Assembly (NCBI GenBank): GCA_963827165.1
Contig: CAWGZR010000010.1
Location: 71,394 to 135,393 of the forward strand
DNA from: Candidatus Bathyarchaeota archaeon
Lineage (GTDB): Archaea; Thermoproteota; Bathyarchaeia; Bathyarchaeales; Bathycorpusculaceae
Direction: 5' to 3'
DNA length: 64,000 nt
Below, piece by piece: positions 18,332 to 26,879 of the stretch. The translations under genes and the position numbers were made by a program. The notes beneath the pieces are model-generated. The model saw only the letters and a program-made list of their open reading frames with translations, was not told where the DNA came from and ran no database searches. Every line of letters begins with the position of its first letter. Position 1 is the first letter of the stretch.

Positions 18332-18610
18332 TTGCCTCTAAACCAACGCCTAAATTTCAAAGCCACGTTACGTAAAATAGGCCGCATCCAAATCCCAAAA
18401 ATCATGCAGGAACAGTTCCAGTTGGAAACAACTCAAACGCTCAACGTAACAATCAGCCATGCGAACAGCTTAGGCGTAAATGAGCGCTTTATGGGAAAAA
18501 TGCGAAAAGACGGATGCATCACAATCCCACCCGCAGCACTATTTCTGCTAAAAGGAGAAATGCCAAACCTCGAAAACCACCTCCTAGACGTCACCATAGA
18601 ACCACTATAA
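18332..18610 (+). CDS. 92-aa tandem AbrB/MazE-like protein (copy B)
   Basis: KIGRIQIPK and KMRKDGCITIP motifs; ungapped paralog of 8389..8667. Confidence 0.75.
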   Translation: MPLNQRLNFKATLRKIGRIQIPKIMQEQFQLETTQTLNVTISHANSLGVNERFMGKMRKDGCITIPPAALFLLKGEMPNLENHLLDVTIEPL

Positions 18611-18869
18611 AGACAACCACCAGAAACCTAAAAAACCCTAAACGCAACCAATGCCCATATAGCTTGGACCATTTCCTCAACATACTCCCTGATTCATAAA
18701 TCAAACAAGAAAATCCAGCTCAAGACAAATTCGCTTCCCGTCTGCCCAAAAAAATGTAAGTTTGAGCATAAACCTGCGCCTTCCAAAAATCCAGAAGCAC
18801 ATGACTCATCAGGAGCCATTTTGCTTTCTCAAATTTTATTAGGAAGGGGAATGTTTTTAGTTAGAAAAG

Positions 18870-18944
18870 GGGTCCGTGGCGCAGTACGGATAGCGCGTCA
18901 GCCTTCTAAGCTGAAAGTCGTGGGTTCAAATCCCACCGGACCCG
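18870..18944 (+). tRNA. tRNA-Arg(TCT), integration target
   Basis: GGGTCCG-TG-GCGCAGTACGGATAGCGC-G-TCAGC-CTTCTAA-GCTGA-AAGTC-GTGGG-TTCAAAT-CCCAC-CGGACCC-G cloverleaf. Confidence 0.96.
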
Positions 18945-19185
18945 CTAAAGCTTCTCTCCCGAGAGAATCTTTGGCAAGAGAGGGGGAATTCAGGTTGTTG
19001 CGGTTCTCTATGGCTTGGATCAGGTCCTTCAAAACGTTTTCAGAGGCTTTTGACACGTTGATGCCAAGAGAATGCGCTTTTTCATAAACGCTTTTTGAAA
19101 TTGCTATGGAGACCTTAACTTTTTCTCCGTTTTGAGTATCTGTACCGTTTTGCACGTCTTTTTCTGTACTATCAGCTTTCTTCAT
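18898..19185 (-). CDS. Integrase N-terminal fragment int(N), containing a CcdA-like RHH segment
   Basis: Ends AGPVGFEPTTFSLE (the antisense tRNA att). KVSIAISKSVYEKAHSLGINVSKASENVLKDLI resembles CcdA/RHH. Confidence 0.85.
   Translation of the reverse strand: MKKADSTEKDVQNGTDTQNGEKVKVSIAISKSVYEKAHSLGINVSKASENVLKDLIQAIENRNNLNSPSLAKDSLGREALAGPVGFEPTTFSLEG
18903..18946 (+). repeat. att site (tRNA side), 44 bp
   Basis: cttctaagctgaaagtcgtgggttcaaatcccaccggacccgct, identical to 24620..24663. Confidence 0.95.
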
Positions 19186-19740
19186 TAGACTTCTAACCCA
19201 TCTGCTTTCAATTTTTCTTTCAGTCGCAGGAGAACCTCTTTAAACTCTGTTTTGTCTTTCTGGCTCATGACAATTCTAAGCAAACCCCATTGAGCTCTAA
19301 AAGAAGCTGTGTTTTCTTCCATGCGTTTGTTAAGCTCTTCAGGTTTTCCTTCTCCAAGCGTTCGCTCCATGAAAATTTCAAGATGTCTATAAGCCATTAT
19401 TCCAGCGAGTTCAACATACCAAGCAGCAAGATTTCCAAGGGGTAAGGAACTGAAATTATCAAGAATTTTCTTATACTCCAGATCATCTTTAGGAAGAACG
19501 AAAGAATATTCCACGTTATACTTGCTAATTGTGGTCTTTTTGACTTGTTTCTTCTTGACAAGGCCATTGAGATGTCGATAAACAATCTGGTCTGTCATAC
19601 CTGGGTTGATGGTTTGCCTGGCTAATGCAGTAAGTTCAGATGACCGTACTTTCTTTCTATTAATAAGGAGTTGAAAGACGTCGTTGCAAACATCACAATT
19701 TCCGATTCCATGAACTTGTTTTTTTGTCGTTTTTAACCAT
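19185..19740 (-). CDS. Winged-helix regulator of the element; 5' part separated by an apparent +1 slip in an A7 run
   Basis: ORF 19185..19598 extends upstream in frame (VFQLLINRKKVRSSELTALARQTINPGMTDQIVYRHLNGL), completing the wHTH. ATG at 19740 joins it if one T of 19719-19725 is removed. TAATG overlap with int(N). Confidence 0.65.
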
Positions 19741-19744
19741 CCTT

Positions 19745-19800
19745 GTCAGACTTTCACACTACGCGTACTTCTACGCACGCGTATAACTTATAAGACTTTC
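19745..19800. promoter_or_regulatory. Divergent control region of the element
   Basis: Palindromes TACGCGTA (19760-19767) and ACGCGT (19777-19782); direct repeat AGACTTTC (19748, 19793); symmetric CTTATAAG TATA-like box between divergent wHTH and RHH genes. Confidence 0.55.
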
Positions 19801-19832
19801 GGACATTCAAGCGATTAAGGAAAGTGAGTAAT

Positions 19833-19976
19833 TTGGAAAGATGTAGAATAACCGTTCAAATTAGGCCAACTGACAAAACAAAAATTGAGCAGCGAATCAA
19901 AAAAGACTATCCGAAACTCAAGAACACATCTGACGTCATACATGCTGCATTAGACCAATTTTTGAGCTCATCTTAA
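19833..19976 (+). CDS. 47-aa CopG-like RHH protein (not in ORF track)
   Basis: Manual translation MERCRITVQIRPTDKTKIEQRIKKDYPKLKNTSDVIHAALDQFLSSS; beta-helix-helix pattern with SDVI..AL..FL. Confidence 0.7.
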   Translation: MERCRITVQIRPTDKTKIEQRIKKDYPKLKNTSDVIHAALDQFLSSS

Positions 19977-20010
19977 AAAAAAATGAGCAAAGTGGTGGGC
20001 TTTACTCGAT

Positions 20011-20178
20011 ATGAAAGAAACACAGCTAAACCTTAAAAAATTTACGTTATCTCCTAAAGTAGAACGCTGCGGCCAATGTCTAAATTTTGAGAAAAGCAGC
20101 TGCAAACTCGGCTATGCAGTAAACTCCAGTTCTAAAGCGTGTCCTCAGGGATCCGCGCGCACGAGGCCACGGCCATGA
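20011..20178 (+). CDS. 55-aa Cys-rich protein (not in ORF track)
   Basis: MKETQLNLKKFTLSPKVERCGQCLNFEKSSCKLGYAVNSSSKACPQGSARTRPRP; ATGA overlap with the next gene. Confidence 0.55.
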   Translation: MKETQLNLKKFTLSPKVERCGQCLNFEKSSCKLGYAVNSSSKACPQGSARTRPRP

Positions 20179-20444
20179 CTGAAGCTGAAGTTAACCAATT
20201 CAAAGAAGCATGCAAAGAACGTATCCGATTAGCAGAAAAAAACCCCGTAGCAGACGTAGAAATACCGATCTGCGACACCTGCGGAAAACCCACAGTTCCC
20301 ACCCATATGGACGATGCTAAGACTCAGTGGTATAAATGCGAACAAGGACACCAAACAAGCACGCCAACTATTAGACGAAATCAAAGAAGGCAGACACCAA
20401 TGACTGAAGAACCAACCGCAGAACAACTTGAGAGACGCGGTTGA
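20175..20444 (+). CDS. Small zinc-finger protein
   Basis: CDTC...YKCEQGH; the ATG at 20175 overlaps the upstream TGA. Confidence 0.65.
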   Translation: MTEAEVNQFKEACKERIRLAEKNPVADVEIPICDTCGKPTVPTHMDDAKTQWYKCEQGHQTSTPTIRRNQRRQTPMTEEPTAEQLERRG

Positions 20445-22044
20445 AATACAAGCAGAGCAAAATGAGGGAATCATGGCAGAATTTTATAATGAAAAAGGCA
20501 TTTTCAAAACTGCCTTAGTGGCTCAGTACCTACATGACAATTACCACTTTAAAATCGACCGAGCAACCGAGATACTATATTATGGTGACGAAACAACAAA
20601 AACGTGGAAACCGAAAGGCGAAATCTACCTACAAGAAATCTTAAGCAGACTTTTGGGTGAAGAAAACACAAAGGCAATCTACACAAACGTACTCCATGAC
20701 CTAAAAGGCTTAACCTACACTAACATAGTTTTCAGCAAAAAATTAGCCGTTGAAAACGGACTATTGGACGTTGAAACGGGAGAGTTAACAGAGCCCATCC
20801 TAGAAGAAATGGCCTATCACCAAATTCCAGTAAAATATGACCCTGCAGCTGAGTGTCCTAATTGGGAACAATTCATAAGCCAGGTAGTTTACCCTGATGA
20901 TCTGGCCACAATCCAAGAGTGGAGCGGATTCCTATTTTTGCCGGATTATCGTTTTCATAAACTTTTATGGGTTCATGGCGCCGGACGAAACGGAAAGGGA
21001 GTTTGGCAGCGAACAATGGAAGCTATCCTGGGAGAAAGCAACATTTCAAGCGTAGGCCTCGAAGAATTTGATGGAACACACCGTTTCGCGTTAACACAGC
21101 TCTATGGAAAACTGTTTAATCCCTGCAGCGAGCCCACCACCAACAGGATCCTGCAAACGGCTCTGCTCAAAAAAGCCACTGGCCAAGACACGATAGAGGC
21201 AGAAATCAAAGGAAAACAGGCTAGAATCCAGTTTAGGAACTACTCAAAAATAACGGTCCTGGCCAACAAATTTCCAAAAGTCACTGATACAACCACGGCC
21301 TTCAAAGAAAGACGCCTTTTCATCAAGTTTCCAAACGAATTCACTGGAAAAGACCAAATTCAGAACGTAGAAAAAAACTGGCTTGTTATCAACGATGAAA
21401 AAGCCGGTATTCTAAACTGGATGCTTAAAGGCCTTCAAAGACTACTCTCTCAAGGTTATTTTACCGAGAGCAAAACACAGCTGGAAACAGAAATAGAATT
21501 TTTCAGAGCAAGTGACACGATTAGCGCCTTCCTAACTGAAATGGCAATTCTCGACAAAAACCGAGTAACTACAAGAAATGAGGCTTTCGAAGCTTACAAA
21601 AACTATTGTGATGTCCTATGTTTAGATCCTGAACCTGAAAAGAAATTTACTCAAAGATTGAAAAATACCCCAAAAATAAGTGTTTGTTTCGTTAGAATCC
21701 CAAAACAAGAACGTGCATGGAAAGGGTTAGGCCTAAAAAACATTGACGACGACGGAAAAATTACTCAAAATGCTACACTTGCTACACTTGCTACACGAGA
21801 AGGGGTAGTTATACCTCGCGATATTTCCGAGATATCTAAAAATGAGGTGAGTATAAACACCCATTTTCCTGTAGCAAGTGTAGCATCTGTAGCAAGAAAC
21901 TATCCTAACCGTTTTTGTTCTGAGGAGTGCAAAAATTTTGATAGGCCTTCTTGCATGGCTCCGAATTGGCAGAGTTTAAACAAAAAGTCAGAGTTGCCTT
22001 GCAGCTGTAAAGGCTACAGTTACCTCGGCGCGCAGGAGAGTTAG
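20428..22044 (+). CDS. P4-alpha/D5-like SF3 replicative helicase without a primase domain
   Basis: D5_N-like LAVENGLLDVETGEL...YHQIPVKYDP..CPNWEQFISQV; Walker A GAGRNGKG; LKKATGQDTIEAEIK; LANKFP; ERRLFIKFP; C-terminal wHTH and Cys-rich tail. Confidence 0.88.
   Translation: MRDAVEIQAEQNEGIMAEFYNEKGIFKTALVAQYLHDNYHFKIDRATEILYYGDETTKTWKPKGEIYLQEILSRLLGEENTKAIYTNVLHDLKGLTYTNIVFSKKLAVENGLLDVETGELTEPILEEMAYHQIPVKYDPAAECPNWEQFISQVVYPDDLATIQEWSGFLFLPDYRFHKLLWVHGAGRNGKGVWQRTMEAILGESNISSVGLEEFDGTHRFALTQLYGKLFNPCSEPTTNRILQTALLKKATGQDTIEAEIKGKQARIQFRNYSKITVLANKFPKVTDTTTAFKERRLFIKFPNEFTGKDQIQNVEKNWLVINDEKAGILNWMLKGLQRLLSQGYFTESKTQLETEIEFFRASDTISAFLTEMAILDKNRVTTRNEAFEAYKNYCDVLCLDPEPEKKFTQRLKNTPKISVCFVRIPKQERAWKGLGLKNIDDDGKITQNATLATLATREGVVIPRDISEISKNEVSINTHFPVASVASVARNYPNRFCSEECKNFDRPSCMAPNWQSLNKKSELPCSCKGYSYLGAQES
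21771..21894. repeat. Inverted 9-bp-period triplets inside the helicase gene (candidate origin)
   Basis: TGCTACA at 21771, 21780 and 21789; its reverse complement TGTAGCA at 21870, 21879 and 21888. They encode ATLATLAT and VASVASVA. Confidence 0.8.
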
Positions 22045-22046
22045 CC

Positions 22047-22268
22047 ATGTCTGCTACTAAGAACTTAAGTTTGGAAGTATGCGGTAAGATTTCGCTAAGT
22101 GAGCGTCAGCAACTTAAGATAGTTATCCTGGATCCTGAAACGGGGAAACCTCTTGTTTTTTATACGTATATTCGGGAAGTGGACCAGGCGATCCGGTGCG
22201 CGCCTTTCTATGCTAAGATCTTTAGAGTGAAGGATCCAATCGCTGAGTTTGAGGCCAAGAAACTTTGA
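22047..22268 (+). CDS. Hypothetical protein of the element (73 aa)
   Basis: Tightly packed between the helicase and the next ORF. Confidence 0.6.
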   Translation: MSATKNLSLEVCGKISLSERQQLKIVILDPETGKPLVFYTYIREVDQAIRCAPFYAKIFRVKDPIAEFEAKKL

Positions 22269-22741
22269 CGGAAGGCTTCTATCATCATTACCTCGATTTC
22301 TTCAGCGGCTTCATAAAGATCAATCTCGGATCCTTAACCGCTGTCACCTGCGTGATCCTATTTTTCATAACTAAGATCGGTTGGTTTTTGGCAGGGTTCA
22401 GCACAGCATCCATGGTGACTCTGTTCTATTCATTGAATTATTTCAGTAGATTCAGGGATTTTAAGGAAGAATTATATCAATTCTTTCCAAAGTTGGATAA
22501 ATTACAATTAAATTATGAAAATTCTGTAAATATTACAGAAGAAATTGATAAAATACTAGTTAACAACGAAGATTTACCTTTGAGGGCCTGCAGATTATAT
22601 GTGCAGGGTGAAACCTGCGCCGGTATTAAGCAGAAATTTGGCCTAAAGCATCCTGAGCAGGCGCATCGAGTGCTTCAGAAGGGAATTAAGCAGCTACTAA
22701 TCAGCTTTGAAGGAAAAAACCCTAATGAAACTCAAAAATAA
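22265..22741 (+). CDS. Two-TM membrane protein with a C-terminal HTH-like tail
   Basis: Hydrophobic residues ~17-60; C-terminal GETCAGIKQKFGLKHPEQAHRVLQKGIKQL. Confidence 0.6.
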   Translation: MTEGFYHHYLDFFSGFIKINLGSLTAVTCVILFFITKIGWFLAGFSTASMVTLFYSLNYFSRFRDFKEELYQFFPKLDKLQLNYENSVNITEEIDKILVNNEDLPLRACRLYVQGETCAGIKQKFGLKHPEQAHRVLQKGIKQLLISFEGKNPNETQK

Positions 22742-22871
22742 CTTAGAAACAGGTTACTTTCCAATTCACATCTCACGTACACTAGTTGAGGTATATTCCC
22801 ATACTGGAGTTATTGAGAGAGTGCCTTGTATGTGCGGTTACATAATAGACGTATATTATGAAATAAGGTGA
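22725..22871 (+). CDS. 48-aa hypothetical protein (not in ORF track)
   Basis: MKLKNNLETGYFPIHISRTLVEVYSHTGVIERVPCMCGYIIDVYYEIR fills the gap; its stop lies in the GGTGA ribosome site of the recombinase. Confidence 0.4.
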   Translation: MKLKNNLETGYFPIHISRTLVEVYSHTGVIERVPCMCGYIIDVYYEIR

Positions 22872-22878
22872 GGGTTGA

Positions 22879-23523
22879 ATGCAAGTTTCAGGAAAAGGAC
22901 GAAGAACTCTAAGAATGATAGAGCAGTACCCAGAGCCGAAAGAGATCTTAGCAAAGATTCTGGATCCTGCAACCGATTGGCCATACAGCAAAGACTTAGA
23001 TCTCACTCACAAGTCACAGCTATATTTGGCCAGGGACAGGGCCTTAGCCGCGGTCCTCTATAACGGCGAGCTCCGGATCTCCGAGGCCAGGCGCCTTCTC
23101 AAAGCACAGTTCAAAGACAAACCCTTCCGAATAGTAGCGGTCAAGCTGTCGAAGGCCGAGAAGCACAACAAGAAAACAGGCCTTGTCATAACTCGTAAAG
23201 ACCTCTACCGGAAAGAGATCAGGTTGCCAACGAAGGGGTATCGCGGCCAGATCAGCGGCCTAATCAAGCAGTACCTGGACCTTTTGATTGATAAGGAATA
23301 TGAGACGGTTCCAATTTTCAATATTGGAAATAGCCGCGTCGACCAAATCATAAAGACCAAGTTAGGTGTCCCGCCTCATTGGCTACGTGCTTACGGAGAA
23401 AACGAGCTCTACGGCCTATGGGATTATGACTTAATCGCAGTTGCCAACTACGTCCAGGTAGATCCGAGGACCCTCGCTAAGTATATTCACCGTGTACCTA
23501 ACAAGTACCTGGACCGAGAGTAA
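22879..23523 (+). CDS. Second tyrosine recombinase, catalytic domain only
   Basis: RDRALAAVLYNGELRISEA (R), PHWLR (HxxR), TLAKY (catalytic Tyr); 214 aa. Confidence 0.82.
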   Translation: MQVSGKGRRTLRMIEQYPEPKEILAKILDPATDWPYSKDLDLTHKSQLYLARDRALAAVLYNGELRISEARRLLKAQFKDKPFRIVAVKLSKAEKHNKKTGLVITRKDLYRKEIRLPTKGYRGQISGLIKQYLDLLIDKEYETVPIFNIGNSRVDQIIKTKLGVPPHWLRAYGENELYGLWDYDLIAVANYVQVDPRTLAKYIHRVPNKYLDRE

Positions 23524-23563
23524 CAAAAATAGAAGAAAAAAGCCAGGGTATTAGCTTAGAAAG

Positions 23564-23716
23564 TTAAGCAGGACCGGCCTTACATTCTTTAAGCAATCCT
23601 GCAGTGGCTTCATTTGCAACTTCATCGACGCTTTTTTCTGTAATCAAAGCAATCGCCTTTAGCCTATCATGGGTTGCTTTGTTGACACACACTTTTCTAA
23701 CCTTAGATTTCTCCAT
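23564..23716 (-). CDS. 50-aa RHH-like protein (not in ORF track)
   Basis: MEKSKVRKVCVNKATHDRLKAIALITEKSVDEVANEATAGLLKECKAGPA, preceded by GGAGGTGAT; overlaps the int(C) 3' end. Confidence 0.68.
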   Translation of the reverse strand: MEKSKVRKVCVNKATHDRLKAIALITEKSVDEVANEATAGLLKECKAGPA

Positions 23717-24653
23717 TCAAATCACCTCCCTGCTCTTTCTTTAAAAGAAGTTCACTGTTGACTTTGAGTAGAATTGCTTGTGTAGCTTGAGCAGCTCTCA
23801 ACTTGAGATCACTCACCAAAATAGGATTATAATAATGTGCGGAGAAGACTGACGCGCTAACCCTGCCCTGCAGGAAATCAATCTCTTCCGGTCGTAACCA
23901 TTTTGTGACAAAAGACGCATGGTTTTCTCTAACGTCGCCAAATCTCTGTTGAATATGTTTCCTTTCCAAAGCCCTGTTCTTGAGATGGTTTTCACTGATG
24001 AGACTCTGCTTTCCAATCAGATCCAACAGTTCAAGAGGTACAAAACTAAGAAACGCCTTCTTAGTGTTCCTTATGAAAACATTCCTAAACCTGAAATGTT
24101 CAAGGAAACCTGTCTGTGCATTATAGTATTTTTTGGCTAAAGTTTCCTCTTTCGATAGCTGTACAATCAAATTGTAGGCGTTTATTGCTTCTGAAAGTCT
24201 CAGTCCTGTCGATGCAATTAGATCCATGAAAATCGCGTATTGTGGACAGGCCTCTTTAACGGTCCTGATCCATTGAAAAATATCTTCAGAATCATCCGAA
24301 CGCGAAAGCCTCTCAATAATCAAATCGTCAACGCTACGGCTAACCCACGTTAAACCGTACGTTTTTCTTAAATATTGGAATTCTTCATGGCACCCCTGGA
24401 ACTTGGCTAACGCTGAAAAGGCGGCAATAATCTTGGACTGCGCGCTTAGCGAGAACTGTTTAATCGGTGAAAAATTTTTTGAAAAGTAGATGTCTGAGTA
24501 CCGCATCGCTACGCTGGAGATCTGTCTATCATAATTATGGCGGTAATTCTGCGTTTTTAGGTATTTCTGAAAAGCAACCCAATCCACGTTCTTTTTGTCA
24601 AAAACGCCTGTTTTAGGGGCTTCTAAGCTGAAAGTCGTGGGTTCAAATCCCAC
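23703..24653 (-). CDS. int: Integrase C-terminal fragment int(C), SSV-type tyrosine recombinase
   Basis: Starts inside att (GFEPTTFSLE); STGLRLSEA, FGDVRENHAS, IDFLQGR, HYY. Confidence 0.9.
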   Translation of the reverse strand: MGFEPTTFSLEAPKTGVFDKKNVDWVAFQKYLKTQNYRHNYDRQISSVAMRYSDIYFSKNFSPIKQFSLSAQSKIIAAFSALAKFQGCHEEFQYLRKTYGLTWVSRSVDDLIIERLSRSDDSEDIFQWIRTVKEACPQYAIFMDLIASTGLRLSEAINAYNLIVQLSKEETLAKKYYNAQTGFLEHFRFRNVFIRNTKKAFLSFVPLELLDLIGKQSLISENHLKNRALERKHIQQRFGDVRENHASFVTKWLRPEEIDFLQGRVSASVFSAHYYNPILVSDLKLRAAQATQAILLKVNSELLLKKEQGGDLNGEI

Positions 24654-24663
24654 CGGACCCGCT
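24620..24663 (+). repeat. att site (distal), 44 bp
   Basis: Identical to 18903..18946. Confidence 0.95.
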
Positions 24664-25023
24664 CTCTTTTTAATAACTCGACTTGAATTGAGCTTATTTG
24701 GTTTTTTAGAGCGTTAGGAAATCTCTAAGGTTCTTAGCAAATTTTCACAGATTATTCAAGAACCCTGCATGGCTAAGCAGTGTAAGTTCATCTGATAAAG
24801 ACTTAACTTTCTTTTTGATTTAATGTTTCAGGAAATAACTATAGTTTGGATTGAAATTGTAGGGAGAACAAAGATATTCTATTTCTTTTGAGCAAGTCAC
24901 TTATTTCTGACTCCGTTTACAGATTCAACGATATTTTGGGCTTAAAAAGGCTTTCAATGGCGTAAGAATCTATTTAGTTGAGAACTAAAAGTTTTTACTT
25001 TTAGACAAATCAGAAGTAAATAA

Positions 25024-26838
25024 ATGAAGCTTTCAGAAAGTGAAAAAACTTACACAAATCATAAACCAGAACAAGATAATATTGTACCTGTGGAATCTAT
25101 GAGATGCATGGGAAAGTCGCTGCTGACTGTTCTTTTGATTATAATTATGATTAGTGGATTAGCTTTTGTTACTTTGCATTTTGGCAAAGGTCAAAGTGGT
25201 ACTTCCGGAGATTGGATAATGTTCCACACAGACCCAACTCACAGTGGTGAGGGAACTGGTAATGCAGTGCTCACACCTGCTTTGCTTTGGAATTATTCTG
25301 CGGGAGGCGAAGCTTATTCGTCTCCGGCTGTTTCTAACGGTATAGTCTACATAGGAACTTCTCAGTACGTGGGTCCAAATAACCAGCCCCCGATGCCAAA
25401 TGTCGGCAATCTTTATGCCTTTAACGCCATTAACGGTGAAAAAGTTTGGAATCAAACTACTGGTGTCCTTACGTATTCGTCACCTGCCGTCGTTAACGGC
25501 GTAGTCTACATAGGCTCCGAAGATGGCAACATTTATGCTTATAATGCTATCAATGGTGACCAAATCTGGAATTGCACCACGCCACCAATCCCCGGAATAG
25601 AAGGCAGCAATATGATTTCTTCGTCTCCAACTGTCGTTGGCGGTATAGTCTATATAGGCTCCTCTGATGACAAGGTTTTTGCGTTGAATGCAACGAACGG
25701 TACGGAGCTTTGGGTTTACACTACTAACGGTTCTGTTCTATCTTCGCCGGCTGTGGTTAATGGCGTAGTCTACGTAGGTTCTGACGATGGCAATGTTTAT
25801 GCTTTGAATGCAGCAAACGGTGACAAACTCTGGAATTACACCACTCCTGATTACCCAATACTTTCCCATGGTAACTATATCAATTCATCTCCAGCGGTTG
25901 CAAATGGACTAGTTTATGTTGACTCTTATGACGATGAAGTATTTGCTTTGAATGCTAATAACGGTAATCAAGTCTGGAATTACACAACTGGCAGCGAGGT
26001 CGGTTCTTCACCAGCAGTCGCCAATGGTATCATCTATGTAGGCTCATACGATGGCAACCTTTATGCTTTGGACGCCGAAAACGGCAGTAAAGTCTGGAAC
26101 TTCAACATCGCATCTACAGGACAGATTGGTTGGTCATCACCCGCAATTGTGGACGGAGTAGTCTACGTAGGATTCAGTTTTAATGCAAGCCCGCAAACCG
26201 TAAATGGCAGCATTTGTGCTTTGGATGCTTATAGTGGAGCAGAACTTTGGAATTACACCACTAACAGCATTATTGATTCGTCTCCGTCAATAGTTGATGG
26301 CGTCTTATATGTCGGGTCGGATGATGGCGCAGTTTATGCGTTGGGTTCACCTACGCCATCGCCTTCTCCAACTCCAGCTCAAACACCAACCCCAACACCT
26401 ACATCGACGTCAGTCCTCACATCTACTCCCACGCCCACACCAACCGCAACTCCAATACCAACTTTAATGCAGAGCCCAACTCCAACAGGTTCTCCATTCC
26501 CTACGCCAGGGTCTACAACGACTCCCACACTCGCACCTACTTCAGCATCGACAATAACTTCAACCACTCCATCCTCAACATCTTCCACTGCTCAAACTTT
26601 GACAACTACCCCGACTTTATTCCCAACGCTTTCGCCAATTTCACAATTTATTAACTATAGTTTGGTATTTATGATCGCAATTATCGGGATTTTTTTGGGA
26701 CCATTAGCAGTAGTAATTAAATGGCAAAAAAACAAAGGGGAAAACAAAAAGCAAAGCACACAAACTAGACAAACAGAAAAAGAAGAGCGAGAACAAACAG
26801 AACGAAAACAACAAGAGCATTCAGATAAAAAGCCTTGA
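25024..26838 (+). CDS. PQQ/BamB-like beta-propeller surface protein with Pro/Thr/Ser linker and C-terminal TM anchor
   Basis: About 7 repeats of SSPAV.NG.VYVGS.DG.VYAL.A.NG...WNYTT; PT-rich stalk; TM helix; charged tail. Confidence 0.88.
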   Translation: MKLSESEKTYTNHKPEQDNIVPVESMRCMGKSLLTVLLIIIMISGLAFVTLHFGKGQSGTSGDWIMFHTDPTHSGEGTGNAVLTPALLWNYSAGGEAYSSPAVSNGIVYIGTSQYVGPNNQPPMPNVGNLYAFNAINGEKVWNQTTGVLTYSSPAVVNGVVYIGSEDGNIYAYNAINGDQIWNCTTPPIPGIEGSNMISSSPTVVGGIVYIGSSDDKVFALNATNGTELWVYTTNGSVLSSPAVVNGVVYVGSDDGNVYALNAANGDKLWNYTTPDYPILSHGNYINSSPAVANGLVYVDSYDDEVFALNANNGNQVWNYTTGSEVGSSPAVANGIIYVGSYDGNLYALDAENGSKVWNFNIASTGQIGWSSPAIVDGVVYVGFSFNASPQTVNGSICALDAYSGAELWNYTTNSIIDSSPSIVDGVLYVGSDDGAVYALGSPTPSPSPTPAQTPTPTPTSTSVLTSTPTPTPTATPIPTLMQSPTPTGSPFPTPGSTTTPTLAPTSASTITSTTPSSTSSTAQTLTTTPTLFPTLSPISQFINYSLVFMIAIIGIFLGPLAVVIKWQKNKGENKKQSTQTRQTEKEEREQTERKQQEHSDKKP

Positions 26839-26879
26839 TTCACGAAATTGGACTAATAATACGGTTGCTGTTCATCAAT

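Larger units (their letters stand above)
18903..24663. mobile_element. 5.76-kb integrated plasmid/virus-like element with an SSV-type split integrase
   Basis: 44-bp perfect direct repeat of the tRNA-Arg 3' half at both ends; int(N) and int(C) overlap the att sites; SF3 helicase, second recombinase, several RHH/wHTH genes. Confidence 0.93.

Noticed and set aside
24572-24583. Sixth copy of the conserved motif (aaagcaaccca)
   Set aside because: Short match inside int(C) coding sequence, without the rest of the motif or an array.
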